A stretch of DNA of 64,000 bases from contig NC_043013.1 of the NCBI RefSeq assembly GCF_006345805.1, forward strand, positions 10,292,001 to 10,356,000. Reading direction: 5' to 3'. Position 1 is the first letter of the stretch, and every line of letters starts with the position of its first letter. A program made the translations under genes and the position numbers. Shown in pieces: positions 1 to 13,734 of the stretch. A model generated the notes under the pieces. That model was not told where the DNA came from. It saw nothing but the letters and a program-made list of their open reading frames with translations, and made no database searches. Source of the DNA: Octopus sinensis (lineage: Eukaryota).

Positions 1-702
1 TATTCTTTCCGGCACTTTACGTTGAGCTGAAATTCAGACGAGGGCCACTTTATCTTTCGTCTTTCAAGGGAGATAATATAAGCACCAGCTATATACCGAA
101 ATCGATATAATCGTCTTGCACCTTTGCTGGCCTTGTGCCAATATTAGAAAAAAATTCTAAGAACAAACTTTAGCCGTTGTGAGTTCGGTATGTTTTTTTT
201 AATTTAATCTATTTATATCTTTCCTCACTTCCTCAGCATTGAAAATAAACAAAATGGATGTCAGAAATATTTTAAACCCGATTCCATCAATTTACACCGT
301 CTTCACCTTAATCAAGTTATTTGTCTAATACGGAAAAGAAAATAAAGAAAAATATTCTAGACAAATTATAATTGACCGTACGCACGCCAAGAGTGCACAG
401 ATGGTCAGGTCAGTGGAGGTCAAAGATAACCGGCCAACAATGCATAGGTTCGTATGCTGCATTCGGTACCGCATTATTTATGTGGCTAGGACACTCAACG
501 TTAAATTTACATGCTTATATAGATCTAAGAAGATACACCACGGTAGCTGCATACTTTACCGATCTGGGAAGGCAGCGTTTTATCAATATTAGTAACGCAT
601 ACGGCGGTGAACAGATAAATTCGTTTGCACTTTGGAGAAAATGCCTAGTGCATTTCTTTCGGTTGTTGTTGTAGCTTATTATTATTATTATTATTATTAT
701 TA

Positions 703-741
<39 letters not shown>

Positions 742-1035
742 CATTATTATTATTGTTATCATTATTATTAACCTTGTGAAGGAATTAGAGATTTACCCAA
801 AATTTTTACACAAAATCTCGAAAGAAAGATAGATAGATAAGTATAAGAAAATAGAGAAATACACCTTAATCATTAATCAACTACCAGATAATACCCATTC
901 ACATAATTTATTAACCAACTACATATGATCAACAAATAAGGGTGAGAAAATTGAATACTAATTTAATAGTACATCCATTTAACACCAAGTGGCTTAGTGC
1001 ATAAAAACCCGGAATACGATAAATTTTATACATAA

Positions 1036-1205
1036 ATATAAGAGAGTAACCACTATGTGGTCGACTCTAGTACTAAAAATAGATCCTCTGTTCGTTTGCG
1101 CTAGTAGTCGTGGTAAATTTCATCGGAAGCAATTATTTGTGGCTGATACCTAGCGGATCTATTTTTAGTGCTAGAGTCGACCACATAGTGGTTACTCTCT
1201 TATAT
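1036..1205. repeat. Inverted repeat, ~51-bp arms with ~68-bp spacer
   Basis: ATATAAGAGAGTAACCACTATGTGGTCGACTCTAGTACTAAAAATAGATCC (1036-1086) matches the reverse complement of 1155-1205 with 1 mismatch. Confidence 0.9.
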
Positions 1206-1243
1206 ATATTATATATAATATATATATATATATTATATATATA

Positions 1244-1432
1244 CATTCAAAATGTGACCGGTGTGTACCGTTGGCGAGTTTTTTCCTCAGTCTTCCCTTC
1301 TCTGGATCTTTCCTATCCTATGTTCCGACGAAGGCTCCGCTCGAAACGTTGAACTTTCATGAGCGTCAATAATACTATATTTATTCCACGACCTCGCGTT
1401 GTTGTGTGCTTTTTTGTGTTCTTGTTTGGATA

Positions 1433-1437
<5 letters not shown>
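1244..1437 (+). mobile_element. Short hammerhead-bearing repeat, family HH-A, copy 1 (Penelope pLTR/retrozyme-like)
   Basis: ~200-bp unit TTCAAAATGTGACC...GTTCCGACGAAGGCTCCGCTCGAAACGTTGAAC...CCACGACCTCGCGTTGTTGTG...GTTTGGATAAC with (TA)n on both sides; homologous to copies at 15.5, 48.5, 51.3, 57.2 and 61.7 kb. Confidence 0.7.
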
Positions 1438-1482
<45 letters not shown>

Positions 1483-2491
1483 CTATTATATATATATATA
1501 TATTATATTATGTGTGGGTGTGGTGTGTGTGTGTGTGTGGGTGTGTATATATGTGGTGTGTATATATATATTATATATATATATATATGTGTGTGTGTAT
1601 ATATATACATATATAATATATGTGTGGTTATATATATATATGCATACGACTTATTTCATACATGCGCACATCGTACACATACACGTACACACGTGACTTC
1701 TTGTCTCTTCAGTACAGTGACATTCAAATGATATTGTTTATGATCCCTTTTCTTCCTTCTTTCCTTCTTTTTTCCTTCCTTTCTTTATTATTGTTGTTGT
1801 TGCTGCTGCTGCTCTTCATCATTTTCGTCGATGTTGTCGTTGTAGTCGTCGTGGCCCGTTGTCGTTGCCTTTTAATTCAGCTACTGTCATCCGGGTATTG
1901 TGGCCTTGCGTGTATAATGTATATGCATGTGTGCATTTTTATATAAGCAGCCGTTGTGTGTGTGATTATGTGTGTGCGAATGTCTGTGTGTGACCCGTCT
2001 ATAGAATCATTGCATGTTACTTGTCGGTGTGTATTTGTATATACACTATAATAATATATATGTAGATATTTATAAGTGTGATCATAATTTGTGTGTATAT
2101 ACGTATGGCATTATGTATTACGTGTTTATGTATGAATGCATCTATGTATATATCATGTATGCATATATGTGTATGTATCTATACAGATATGTATGTGCAT
2201 GTTTGTCATCATTATGTTGTGTATGTGTGTATTTATCATAGCGCTCTCTTTGTGTGTGTTGGGCTCATCTATGTGTATATTTTTCAAAGTCGACCATTTT
2301 GTGCCATTGCACGTATAATGTATATACACGTGTGAGAGTGTGTGTGTTTGCGAGTGTGTATGTGCGTGTATGTGTCACTATGTGTCTACGTTTCAATGCG
2401 ATTGCATATGATTATATATATGTTTTCTGCGTGTCTGACTGTACATATGCATATCTATCTATCTATCTAGCTATATACACACATAATATAT

Positions 2492-2537
<46 letters not shown>

Positions 2538-3040
2538 GTATGCATTTATGTATATATGTATATATGTAAATATGTATGTATGTATGTATATAGTGTGTAA
2601 AGATGTATGTATGCCCTGTTTCGGTTTAAATTTGTATATGTATATGTGTATGTGTATGTGTATATATCTGTCCTTGCTAGCTTTACAGTGTATACGTGTT
2701 TATGTATGTGAGAGTTTGTGTGTGTATATATGAGGTTTTGTGTACCTCTCTGTATCTGGCAGGATTACTGTGTGTGTGTGTGTTGCTTGTCTTGACCGTG
2801 TGTACGTATATGCGTGCGTTTGTATTAGAGTATTTGTGTGCCACTCTGTACATTGTAATAACTTCTAGTGTGTCTTTGTATGCTTGTATGTGTATGTGTA
2901 TATATGCGCGTGCCTGGGCTGAATCTATGTATGTGTACATATACATGTTTTATCATTGGTTTCATATATGTGTGTATGTACGTAAATACGTGCGATAGTG
3001 TTTGAGTGAGTATGTCACTCTCTACATTTGGTATTATATT

Positions 3041-3380
3041 TGTCTGTATGTGTACGCGTGTGTATTTGTATGTGTGCATATGAGTGAATTCCCTGCCTGT
3101 GTCTATGTGTGTGTGTATGTGTATGTACGTTTTCTCAATGGGTTTATAACTGTCTATGTGTGTGTATGCATACGTGTGCGTTTGTCTCTGTGTGTTTCCC
3201 TGTCTCTCTCTGTCTGTATGGTGTACGCGTGTGTATTTGTATGTGTGCATATGAGTGAATTTCCTGCCTGTGTCTATGTGTGTGTGTATGTGTATGTACG
3301 TTTTCTCAATGGGTTTATAACTGTCTATGTGTGTGTATGCATACGTGTGCGTTTGTCTCTGTGTGTTTCCGTGTCTCTCA
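3041..3380. repeat. Near-perfect tandem duplication, ~171-bp unit x2
   Basis: TGTCTGTATG(G)TGTACGCGTGTGTATTTG...GGGTTTATAAC...GTTTCC starts at both 3041 and 3211. Confidence 0.85.
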
Positions 3381-4069
3381 CTCTGTATTCGGTATTATTG
3401 TTGCCCATATACACACGTGAATGTGTGCATGTGTGTGTGTGTATGTGTGTGCGCATGTGTGTACATGTGTGTGTGTGGTGTGTGTATGTGTGTGTATGTG
3501 TGTGTGTACGTGTGTGTGTGTGTGTGTGTGTTGAAATAAGCCAGGCCAGAAGGCGAGGCATCTTCGACTGAATTTAATCCGTACGTTGTGAAGTAAGTTG
3601 ACATTTTTACGACCATGCGAGTCAACAGAGAAGAGAGCAAGCAGGTGATCTCATCCGGCCGGCCTTCCCCGCAAGACATACATACATATACACAGAGAGA
3701 GACAGAGAGGGAGAAAAAGAAAGAGAGAAAGAGAGAATAAAGAGAGGGAGAGAGAGAAAATAAAGAGAGAGAGAATAGAGATGATGTGGTGATGTGGCTG
3801 TGGTTGTGGCGGTTCGGTGATGTCTGTGTGTGTTCGAGTCACATTTGAGGTGGTGTTGCCAATACAACAGAAACAGACAGAAGCCAACATAAACCACCAA
3901 ACGGATAGCCAAACCAAATCTCAAAATAACAACAGTAACAACTACAACAACAACAACAATAATAATAATGAAAAAGAAAGGAAGAAGAAAAGAAAAGAAA
4001 GAGTAAAAAAGGTCTGAGCCTTCAGTGAGGACGGCTGCTGTTTGTATGGGGGAATGGTAAGAAAGGAAA

Positions 4070-5160
4070 TTGCTAGGGGGGATGAGGCTGATGATGATGG
4101 TGAAGATGGTAGTGGTGGTGGTGGTGGTGGTGGTAGTGGTGGTGGTAGAGGTTGCAGTTGTGACGATGATGATGATGGTGAGGATGTTGATGATGATGAT
4201 GATGACGGTAGTGATGGTTATAGTGATGGTGATGGGAGCAGCGGCTGGATGGGGTTCATTTAATGACGATATAGTAGTTATGGTGCTTGTGATGCTGCTG
4301 CTAGTGGTAATGGTGGAGGTGGTGGTGGTAGCGGTAATAAAGGTGATGGTCTCTCTCTCTTTTTTTTTTCTCTCTCTCTCTCTGGTGATGAGGATGACTA
4401 TGGTGATGATGGTGGTGGTGAGTTTGGTGCTGGTAATGATGATGAGGATGTCGATGACAATGGTAATGTTGATGGTGGTGGTATCGATGACGATGATGAT
4501 GATGATGATGATGATTTTGATGATGATGATGATGATGGTGGCGATGATGATGATGATGATGATGATGACGATGACGATGACGACGACGACGACGACGATG
4601 ACGACGACGATGTCGATAGTGGTGGTAGTGGCGATAGCGCCTTGTGATAGGGCTTGTTGAAGTCTTTTTGTTGTTGCATTAATCCCATGTCAATCTTCAG
4701 AGAGCAAACACGCGTCTGGAGACATTGCAGTTATAGGCCATGCCACCTCGTATACTTTTCCCAATTCCTGTGAACACTGAACGCTAAAATCCCGCCATAC
4801 AACATTCGTGACTGCAGTGGTATTTGTAGCGTTGATAGTTTTGTTGGTGTTGGGACTAGTCGTTATGGTGGAGTTGTAAAGGTGGTAGTGGTGAATGCAG
4901 TGCTAGTCGTGTTATCGTTGTTGCCTTGGCATTGTTTATGGTACTGGTGTTGGCATTAGTGGTGACTGTGATGCCGGTAAGGGTGATGGTGGTGTTTGTG
5001 CACCAAACTCACTGTCACAATCATCACCATAACCATCCTCATCACCAGAGAGAGAGAGAGAGACGCCATCATATTTATCACCACCACCACCACCACCACC
5101 ACCACCTCCATAGCCACCACAACCACCACTACCATTACCACCAGTAGCAGCATCACAAGT
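4070..5160. repeat. Compound trinucleotide microsatellite (GGT/GAT/GAC, then CAC/CAT)
   Basis: Direct reading; produces the spurious poly-M/V/S ORFs. Confidence 0.85.
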
Positions 5161-5316
5161 GAAGGTAGTATGTGTGTGATATTTGTAATGGCAATGGCAA
5201 GGATTGAGGTGCTGTTGTTGGTATTTTTGTCAATAACATGACTAGCGATGTTGGCATTAGGGATGATTCTGATTGTGGCCGTAGACTAATTAGTTGCTAT
5301 GGTGATTGTTGTTAAC

Positions 5317-5370
<54 letters not shown>

Positions 5371-5704
5371 GTGTGGTAAAACTGTTGTTGATAGTGGCTT
5401 GAATATCCATGATATTAGTGGTGAATATACATACATGCGTTATGTATGCTGGTGGTACTAGTGATAGAGGATAATGTTATTGATCCTCAGGTCAACAGAA
5501 CTAGGGTCAAAGGCTTTCCAACCGTGTCCTTCCAAGCATTTTCCTATAACTCTGGACTACATTATCAAACGTATCATTTTCTAAGAGAGTGGCGTGTGAT
5601 TTGAAGGGAAATTGGCAGCTAATTTTCGTAGGTAAATAGCCTGCGAAAAAGCTTTCACGTTGGCTTGGCAATGTGCAGAATGGTAGAAGTGTTAGTATTG
5701 TTAA

Positions 5705-5896
5705 CTCTTTTGTTACCATATTTCTGTTGAGATGCACAGTGTTCCTTTTCATTAATTTTAAATGAAGCCAAGAATTTAGCAAAATAACAGTTATTATTAA
5801 GCTAGTGTTAGGAACATAAAATGCGACTAAGCTTTGGTGGAAGATATTTGTACGACAGAGCCAGAGGCGGTTTCAACTACGATGGTAACAAAAGGC
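5705..5896. mobile_element. piggyBac-type MITE
   Basis: TTAA (5701-5704) + CTCTTTTGTTACCAT ... ATGGTAACAAAAGGC + TTAA (5897-5900): ~15-bp imperfect TIRs with TTAA target duplication. Confidence 0.7.
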
Positions 5897-5989
5897 TTAA
5901 AGTAGTGTAGGTGTTTGTGTGTGGGATGATGAGAGCGTTTGAAATTGTGGGCGGCAATCTTTATGTAATAATCCTATTTATACTATTAC

Positions 5990-6420
5990 TATTTTACTCT
6001 CTTACTTGTTTCAGTCATTTGACGGAGGCCATGCTGGAGCACCGCCTTTAGTCGAGCAAATCGAACCCAGGACTTATTCTTTCTAAGCCTAGTACTTATT
6101 CTATCGGTCTCTTTTGCCGAACCGCAAAGTTACGGGGACGTAAAGACACCAGCATCAGTTGTCAAGCGATTTTTTTGGGAAAAACACATATACACAACAT
6201 ACACACACACACACATTTATATATATATATAATATATATATATATATTATATATATATATATATATATATTCGACGGGCTTCTTTCAGTTTCCGTCTACC
6301 AAATCCACTCACAAGGTTTTGGTCGGCCCGAAGCTATAGTAGAAGTCATTCGCCCAAGGTGCCACGCAGTCAGACTGAACCCGGAAGCATGTGGTTGGTA
6401 AGCAAGCCACTCCTAGGCCT
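5990..6420 (-). mobile_element. tRNA-derived SINE, family A (internal TA/CA microsatellite)
   Basis: Reverse complement of the ~400-bp element at 34547 and 53855; 3' end CAGCATGGCC...TGACTGAAACAAGTAA. Confidence 0.85.
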
Positions 6421-6427
6421 ATTTTTG

Positions 6428-6460
<33 letters not shown>

Positions 6461-6539
6461 TTGTGTATGTTTGTGTTTGTTTGTGTATGTTGGGTATGAT
6501 TATATATTTTTATATAATCGTTGCTAATTCAGAAAAAAC

Positions 6540-8275
6540 ATGCAATTTTGTTCTGGACCAAGTACTTAACTGATATTTTATTTTATCGACCCCGAAAAAA
6601 AGAAAAAAAGAATTGACCTTGGCAGAGTCGAACTTATAACGTACATATTCGGAATATAGACTACGAGACATTTTGTCTAGTGCTCTAGCGATTCTACGAA
6701 TCCAACGATATATTTTATTCGTATTAATTCTGAAGACATCCTAGTAGTGAATTGAATCGACCCTTGTAGTTCAGTTATACAAATGTTATCAATCATTGAA
6801 TCATGGCGAGTAAAGTCAACCCTGACTGTATCAAGCATGACTAAATAGATGAAAAGCGAACTTAACACAAGCGCTCGAAAGTGAATGAATGTAATTCCAT
6901 ACAGCAAGCCATTGAGTCCGTCGCTCTTGTGTTTCAGCCAAATTCACCGTCTAATCTTCGATATATAATAATTCTTTCTACTGTAGGTACAAGGCCTGAA
7001 ATTTGGAGGAGGGGGATGGTCGATTACATCGATCCCAGTACTCAACTGGTACTTATTCTATCGATCTCGAAAGGATGAAAGGCAAAGTGGACATCGGCGG
7101 AATTTGAGCTTAGAACGTAAAGACGGTCGAAATACCTATTTATTTACTACCCACAAGGGGCTAAACACAGAGAAGACAAACAAGAATAAACAAACGGATT
7201 AAGTTGATTATATTGACCCCGAAAGGAAGCAAAGTCAACCTCGGCGGAATTTGAACTCAGAACGTAGCAGCAGACGAAATACCGCTAAGCATTTCGCCCG
7301 GCGTGCTAACGTTTATGCCAGCTCGCCGCGTCCCCTCGATATATAATAATTACTTCTTTATTCCCCACAGGGGGCTAAGCAGGGAGGAGACAAAAAGGAC
7401 AAGGGATAAACTCGATTACATCTGGCACTTATTTAATCGACCCCAAAAGTATAAAAAGCAAAGTCGATCTCGGCGGAATTTGAACTCAGAACGTAACGGC
7501 AGACGAAATACCACTAAGCATTTCGCTCGGCATGCTAACGATTCTGCCAGGCGATATATAATAATGCTAGGACTAAGGCAGTGATTTGGCAGAATTCTAG
7601 AGCGCCGGACGAAAAATTTTGCCCAAAGGTCAACTTTGGCTTTCATCCTATAAAATATAATACAAGCTCAGGGAAGTAAATAGGCTGAGATCATAGAGCA
7701 GTATTTATTCCGGGTTTTAACGTTTTCAATTATACCTTTTGCTCTTCCTCTATCGTTTGCTTAATGTAACTGTTAATACACTAGTGTTCAAATATCTCCC
7801 TCTACCTCTTCCTTTCTCTTCTTTTTCTGTCTACGATATCTTCATCCGTTTGCTCATGTAATTACAAGAACGCCTAAAACAAAAGCGAATGTAATGTGTA
7901 TACTTTTAATACTTACCAAATAGCGAGCGACCGCGGGTAACCATATTACATATACTAACGTTACCTTTAGCCAAAGAAGAAAACTGCACATGGTCGATAG
8001 GCCGGCTACAAATACCAGCTATATTATGCATCATATCCGCTTTGAAAAACAGCGTTTGTATTCGATCGTTTAGTCGACCCCAGTGCGTAACTGGTACTTA
8101 TTTAATCGACCCCGAAAGGATGAAAGGCAAAGTCAACCTCGGCGGAATTTGAACTCAGAACGTACCGGCAGACGAAATACGGTTACGCATTTCGCCCGGC
8201 GTGCTAACGATTCTTATTTCTTTATTGCCCACAAGGGGCTACACACAGTGGGGACAAACAAGGACAGACAAACAA
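6540..8275 (-). mobile_element. Cluster of family B SINE copies and fragments (mostly minus; one plus copy at ~7575-7650)
   Basis: Repeated GACCCCGAAAGGATGAAAGGCAAAGTCGACCTCGGCGGAATTTGAACTCAGAACGT motif at ~6590, 7065, 7215, 7440 and 8108. Confidence 0.8.
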
Positions 8276-8989
8276 GCATCAGGACTCGAATGCTTTTCCT
8301 AGTGTCGTAAGTATATTCGATCAGAGATAGCCTGGGGTTATACAGCAACAAAAATGGCGGCCAAAGCAAGCAGATAGAGACGAACTAATTGAAATTACAT
8401 TCCTTTTATACTGCATTAGAGGAAGTAAACACTTCTGCAAAATGATAGTCCTAATAATGATACCTAGATTCTATATCATTAACACAACCTTCTCTATACA
8501 AATTATATCTCCTAAACACACTGTTACAATCAAGCTATATACAATGTCTCTTCTGGTGTTACCATAGAAATATCAGAACGGGCTTGAAATAACGTTGTAA
8601 CTTACCTTCTTTAAAACTTTTCAAACCATTACGGTTCTAACTATACTGGAGCAACGGTGGTTATAAAGAAATTAGTCATTCCATAGTTTATTTGTAAATC
8701 ATTTAAGTGTTTATTAGATTTAGAATCAAATCTGTTAATTACAGCGAAACATTAACGGTCGATTAGATACTGTTCCTTGCTCACCAAAACTAACACCATC
8801 ACCACCACCGCTGGTATCGCCGTCGCCATTTCGTTTAGAAACCTTTCTCAGTGTTTTTGTTGTTCTTCTTCGTCGTTAAAACTCGGTTGCAACGATGCAT
8901 ACGGTTTTCTGATTTGGCAGAGTTGACAACAAATTGCATTATGTCGTGTGTAGATAAACTTGTCTTCAGTGAACGTGAGATATTTCAAT

Positions 8990-9097
8990 ATATACATACA
9001 TAAATGCGTTTATATACACACGTACTCACACACATACACACACACGCACACACACACGCATATATATATATATATATATATATACATGCAGACATAC

Positions 9098-9134
<37 letters not shown>

Positions 9135-9173
9135 TATATCTACAAATACAGACGTACATACTTTAAATGTATG

Positions 9174-9226
<53 letters not shown>

Positions 9227-9666
9227 ACACATACATACGCATACGCGCATATTTATATATAGAGATATATAAATACATACACACACACACAAACACATGC
9301 ACATACACACACGCACACACAAATATACATACATGTAGACACACATGTATATATATATATATACATACATACATCTGCATTTACACACATACATATTTAC
9401 ATACATACATATATATATATGTACACACGCACTCGCACACACAGAGACACACAGAGGAGGTGGCAAAATGAAACAATGACGAGTGAAGGGGCAAAGAAAT
9501 GCATGTAGCAAAGTTACATTATGAAAGTATTCGTTAATTAGAGTAATGAGACATTAGTAACTACAAGATCGACAACAGAAGCAGTCGATGACTAATAATA
9601 CCATATGCTACTTCTGTCCGCTCACAGACACAGATGTGTGTGTATGTGTGAATGTGTGGTTATATA

Positions 9667-9712
<46 letters not shown>

Positions 9713-9751
9713 CATGCATACATATATATATATACATATATATATATATAG

Positions 9752-9808
<57 letters not shown>

Positions 9809-9857
9809 CATATATATACATATATATATATATATACAAATATATATATAAATATAT

Positions 9858-9889
<32 letters not shown>

Positions 9890-9925
9890 ATATATATATA
9901 TATAAAATAAATATATATAAATATA

Positions 9926-9968
<43 letters not shown>

Positions 9969-10170
9969 TAAATATATATAAAATAAATATATATATATGT
10001 ATGTATATATATATGCATATGTCGTTTATCTGTTTTTTCTTGTTCAGTCATTGGACTGCAACCATGTGGGGCACCACGTTGATCGATTCACGATAGTGTG
10101 TGTCTGTGTGTGCATGTATCTTTCTGCGTGTCTGTGTATGTGTGTGTGTGTGTGTGTGTGGTGTGTCTGT
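8990..10170. repeat. Long (TA)n/(CA)n microsatellite field
   Basis: Direct reading; representative of many such tracts in the window. Confidence 0.9.
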
Positions 10171-11124
10171 TTATATGATGTTTAACATAGGCAGTCATAT
10201 ACACTTACACACTCACACCCACACATATACTCTAAAATTATCGATTTGGAGGGACTTGGGTCAACAGCAGCAAAACAACGACGACAGCAATGCAAACAAC
10301 AACGACCACAACAGCCCCCACAACAATAACAACGTATACGAAACAGTCTTCTGAGACTGACAGGAAGATACACCATCACCAGTTATTTACGCAGTGAAAG
10401 TTTTAATGAAAATGTTCTGGTTATTAATACTGGGAAAGAAAACGCTGTTTTACATAGAAGCCACACAAAAGAATGCATCGTGTGACAAGAAATGAAACGA
10501 ATGGATGGATGGATGGTTGGTTGGACGGATGGATGAATAAGTCTCGCTGTTTTGTTAATAAAGGAAAGAAAATTTTAGCAATAGTTCATTCGTAACTTGT
10601 AAATGATACACTATTAGTGTTTAATTGTCAATGAAATGTCTTAAAAACAATGAAATAACTTAGTAATGATGTAGAAAAAGAAAAAGGGTACATCTTCGTT
10701 GAATGCCATCTACTGGCGTAGTGATGGTTGCAATGGTAGTGGTTTTGGTGGCGGTGGTTTTGGTGATGGACGCGGTGATGTTAAATGAGGCATGTTTTTC
10801 TAAAATAATTAATCGGATCAAAAGTAACATTACATGTACTTAAGTCTACAGTGTTTCTCTGTTGTTTTCTTAATAACGTCTACAGATTTGTCTTGTGCGG
10901 CTTTCTTTTAATATCGAAACATCGTTATAAAACCAGTGTGGTGTGTGCATTAGACGTAATAGAAGAGTTTTCTCGATAAATGGGCAAACCCTTGCATTCT
11001 TGATTTATTCTGCTTGAAGAAATGTTGCATGAAAAAGATTTAACGATCTGTCAAGTAGTTTACATTGTTATTTGGTACGAGGCGTCACTGGTTCGAAACA
11101 CAAGTTTGTGATTTTGTTGAAGAC

Positions 11125-11159
<35 letters not shown>

Positions 11160-11339
11160 GCTTGTGTAGTCTGCTTGTTTATTGATAATTAACTTAGTAT
11201 TCGGGTTAACACGAAGTAATTTTGAAAAAGATATATTGTACAAGGGTGACTTTCTACAACCATCTGTCGTCCGTCAAGGTCTGCGATGTCGTAGATTTAT
11301 ATGATTACTTAAAACAGATGTAAAACATGAAAAAAATTA

Positions 11340-11475
11340 GGGTAATAGCAATAAAACAACAACAATAATAATAATGAAAATAATAATAATAATAATGATA
11401 ATGATAATAAAACAATAATAGTAATAATCATAATAAAGCAACGACAGTAATAATAATGATGATGAAATAATAATA

Positions 11476-11553
<78 letters not shown>

Positions 11554-11820
11554 AATATAATAGTAAAACAATAATACAAATATTCATAATAAAACAACAA
11601 CAGTAATAATAATAGTAATAATTGTAGTGGTGGTGGTGTAGTAGTAGTAGTATAGTAGTAGTAGTAGTAGTAGTAGTAGTAAAACAACCGTGATGATGAT
11701 GATGATGATGATGATACGAAGGAGGAGGAGGAGAAGGAGAAGGAGAATTAGGAGAAGGAGGAGAAGAAGAAGAACTAGAAGGAGAAGAAGAAGGAGGAGC
11801 AGGAGAAGAAGAAGAAAGGA
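11340..11820. repeat. Compound (TAA)n/(TAG)n/(GAT)n/(GAA,GGA)n microsatellite
   Basis: Direct reading. Confidence 0.9.
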
Positions 11821-12609
11821 AATGCAAGTTCCATCTTTCTCGTCTTCAACACTAATCTGTATATTTACTTCATATATCTTGTATCTTCTTTATTAAGCTA
11901 CTGCAAGCCGACAGCTGATATATCGATTTGTAGGTACTTACTATATATGTATATATAATATATATATTATATAGATAATATATATATATATATATTATAT
12001 ATATATACATATATATATAAATTTACATACATATGTAAGTATGATGTGTACATATACATTTATATACGTATATGTATAAGTATGTGTGCGTACGTGTGCA
12101 TAGATACAGTGTGCACATACAAATACCTACGCATAAAAATACCCACACAAAAATCCATACACATCTATTTATCTACCGACACGTATATCGTATGTACCAT
12201 CGCTTCAATAGATTACGTACCTGTGTTGTGGTTAGCAGTCCAAGATAGTGTCCCCCACATTCTGGCTACAGAGACATCATAAAATACAGGATGTAGAGAG
12301 AACGAGCTGAGTCAGTAGACAGATGATATTCATTTCAGCTGAGTACAAGGGAAAAAGTAAAATGAAACCTTTGAAGTACACAATGCTCTGTCCAGCGCTA
12401 GTACCGAAACCTCACCCCTGTGATTGTGGAATGAACACCCTAACCACAGATTCAGCATTAATGGTGATATTATACATAAGCAGTGAGGTTGAGTATCTGG
12501 CGATATGTTAAATTTGTACAGTGTACAATTCTAGTGGAAGGTCATTCCACTAGAGTTCTGAACACTATTGCAAGAAGACAGTAAGTTATGTTAATATGTC
12601 ATCCCTATG

Positions 12610-13040
12610 ACAGTGATTTGGCAGAATCTTTAGCACGCCGGGCGAAATGCGTAGCCGTATTTAGTCTGCCGTTACGTTCTGAGTTCAAATTCCGCCGAGA
12701 TCGACTTTGCCTTTCATTCTTTCGGGGTCGATAAATTAAGTACTAGTTACGCACTGGGGTCGATGTAATCGACTTAATACCTATGTCTGTCCTTGTTTGT
12801 TCCCTCTGTGTGGAGCCCCTTGTGGGTAGTAAAGAAATAAGCATCGTTAGGACGCAGTGTCACATGCTTAGCAGTATTTTGTCTGTCTTTACGTTCTAAG
12901 TTCAAATTCTGCCGAGGTCACCTTTGCTGTTCATCCTTTCGGGGTCGATAAAATAAGTATCTGTTGATCCCGTGAATGAGCATAATCGACCCATTCCTTC
13001 CCTCGGACTTGCTGGCCATTTGCCAAAGATTGAAATTAAT
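12610..13040 (+). mobile_element. Family B SINE, two tandem copies
   Basis: TGGCAGAATC..TAGCACGCCGGGCGAAATG head; B-box-like GAGTTCAAATTCC; central CTTTGCCTTTCATCCTTTCGGGGTCGATAAA domain present twice. Confidence 0.8.
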
Positions 13041-13109
13041 ATATATCAACCTATTATTCGACTTATTGAAAGACCTATATGTACTCGAAGGTTACATAAA
13101 GAAAGTCAA

Positions 13110-13400
13110 GTGTTTTCACGTTGGTCTCTATTGAGTCCTTGACGCCAAGAAAGTTCCTGGTATGGATGAGATCCGTCCCAATCCTATCGCATGTGTAGCC
13201 AGTCTTTACTCTCGATGTTGCCAGAGTATCGCCTCTGTAGACGCCAGAGCTACTTGAGAGGAATTTCATATGTAGTAACTCTAGGATGAATAAACTAATA
13301 AGAGCACACACATCATTAATGTCAAATGAGATGCTCTGAGTAGTCGCACTTGATCTTGGCCGAACCCTTAATGAAGAGTAGGTTTCATTCTGTCGTGTGT
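13110..13400 (+). pseudogene. Highly decayed LINE reverse-transcriptase remnant
   Basis: Translations SLDAKKVPGMDEI (cf. K-x-PGxDxI pre-RT motif) and VVALDLGR (cf. VxLDxxKAFD); frames broken. Confidence 0.35.
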
Positions 13401-13734
13401 GATAATACGTATGCCCATATCTCTAATTTTGAGAAGGTCTTAGCTAAATCCAATGTCCTATTCTATGACACTCTTGGTATAAACGAAATACTACGATGTA
13501 TCCAACTAGATAACCATTGATCTAGCCCTGCCGCTATTGATTTAAACCATATGATTACCTCACTAGTATTGCGCCAGAGGGCGACAGCAAAGGCTCTTCT
13601 AATGCTGTTGTTGATGTTCATGGCCAATCTCTATGCATTGATCAAGCAGCATTTGGAGTTAGAATTGCAGTTTAGATTATGGACTTCGATTTGCTAGTAT
13701 ATCTACAGAATCCTTCATTACCTGGTATATAGTG

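Noticed and set aside
3540-3612. MSTYF as a Hox-like N-terminus (cf. MSSYF) on the minus strand
   Set aside because: Only a 5-residue resemblance; the frame runs into (CA)n with no convincing splice donor, hexapeptide or homeobox
8351-8362. YY1-like AAAATGGCGG motifs (also at ~37417)
   Set aside because: Isolated short motifs with no supporting promoter context
9660-10000. Phase shifts (TT/AA) inside (TA)n tracts as a possible higher-order pattern
   Set aside because: Irregular spacing; consistent with slippage or consensus errors in the assembly
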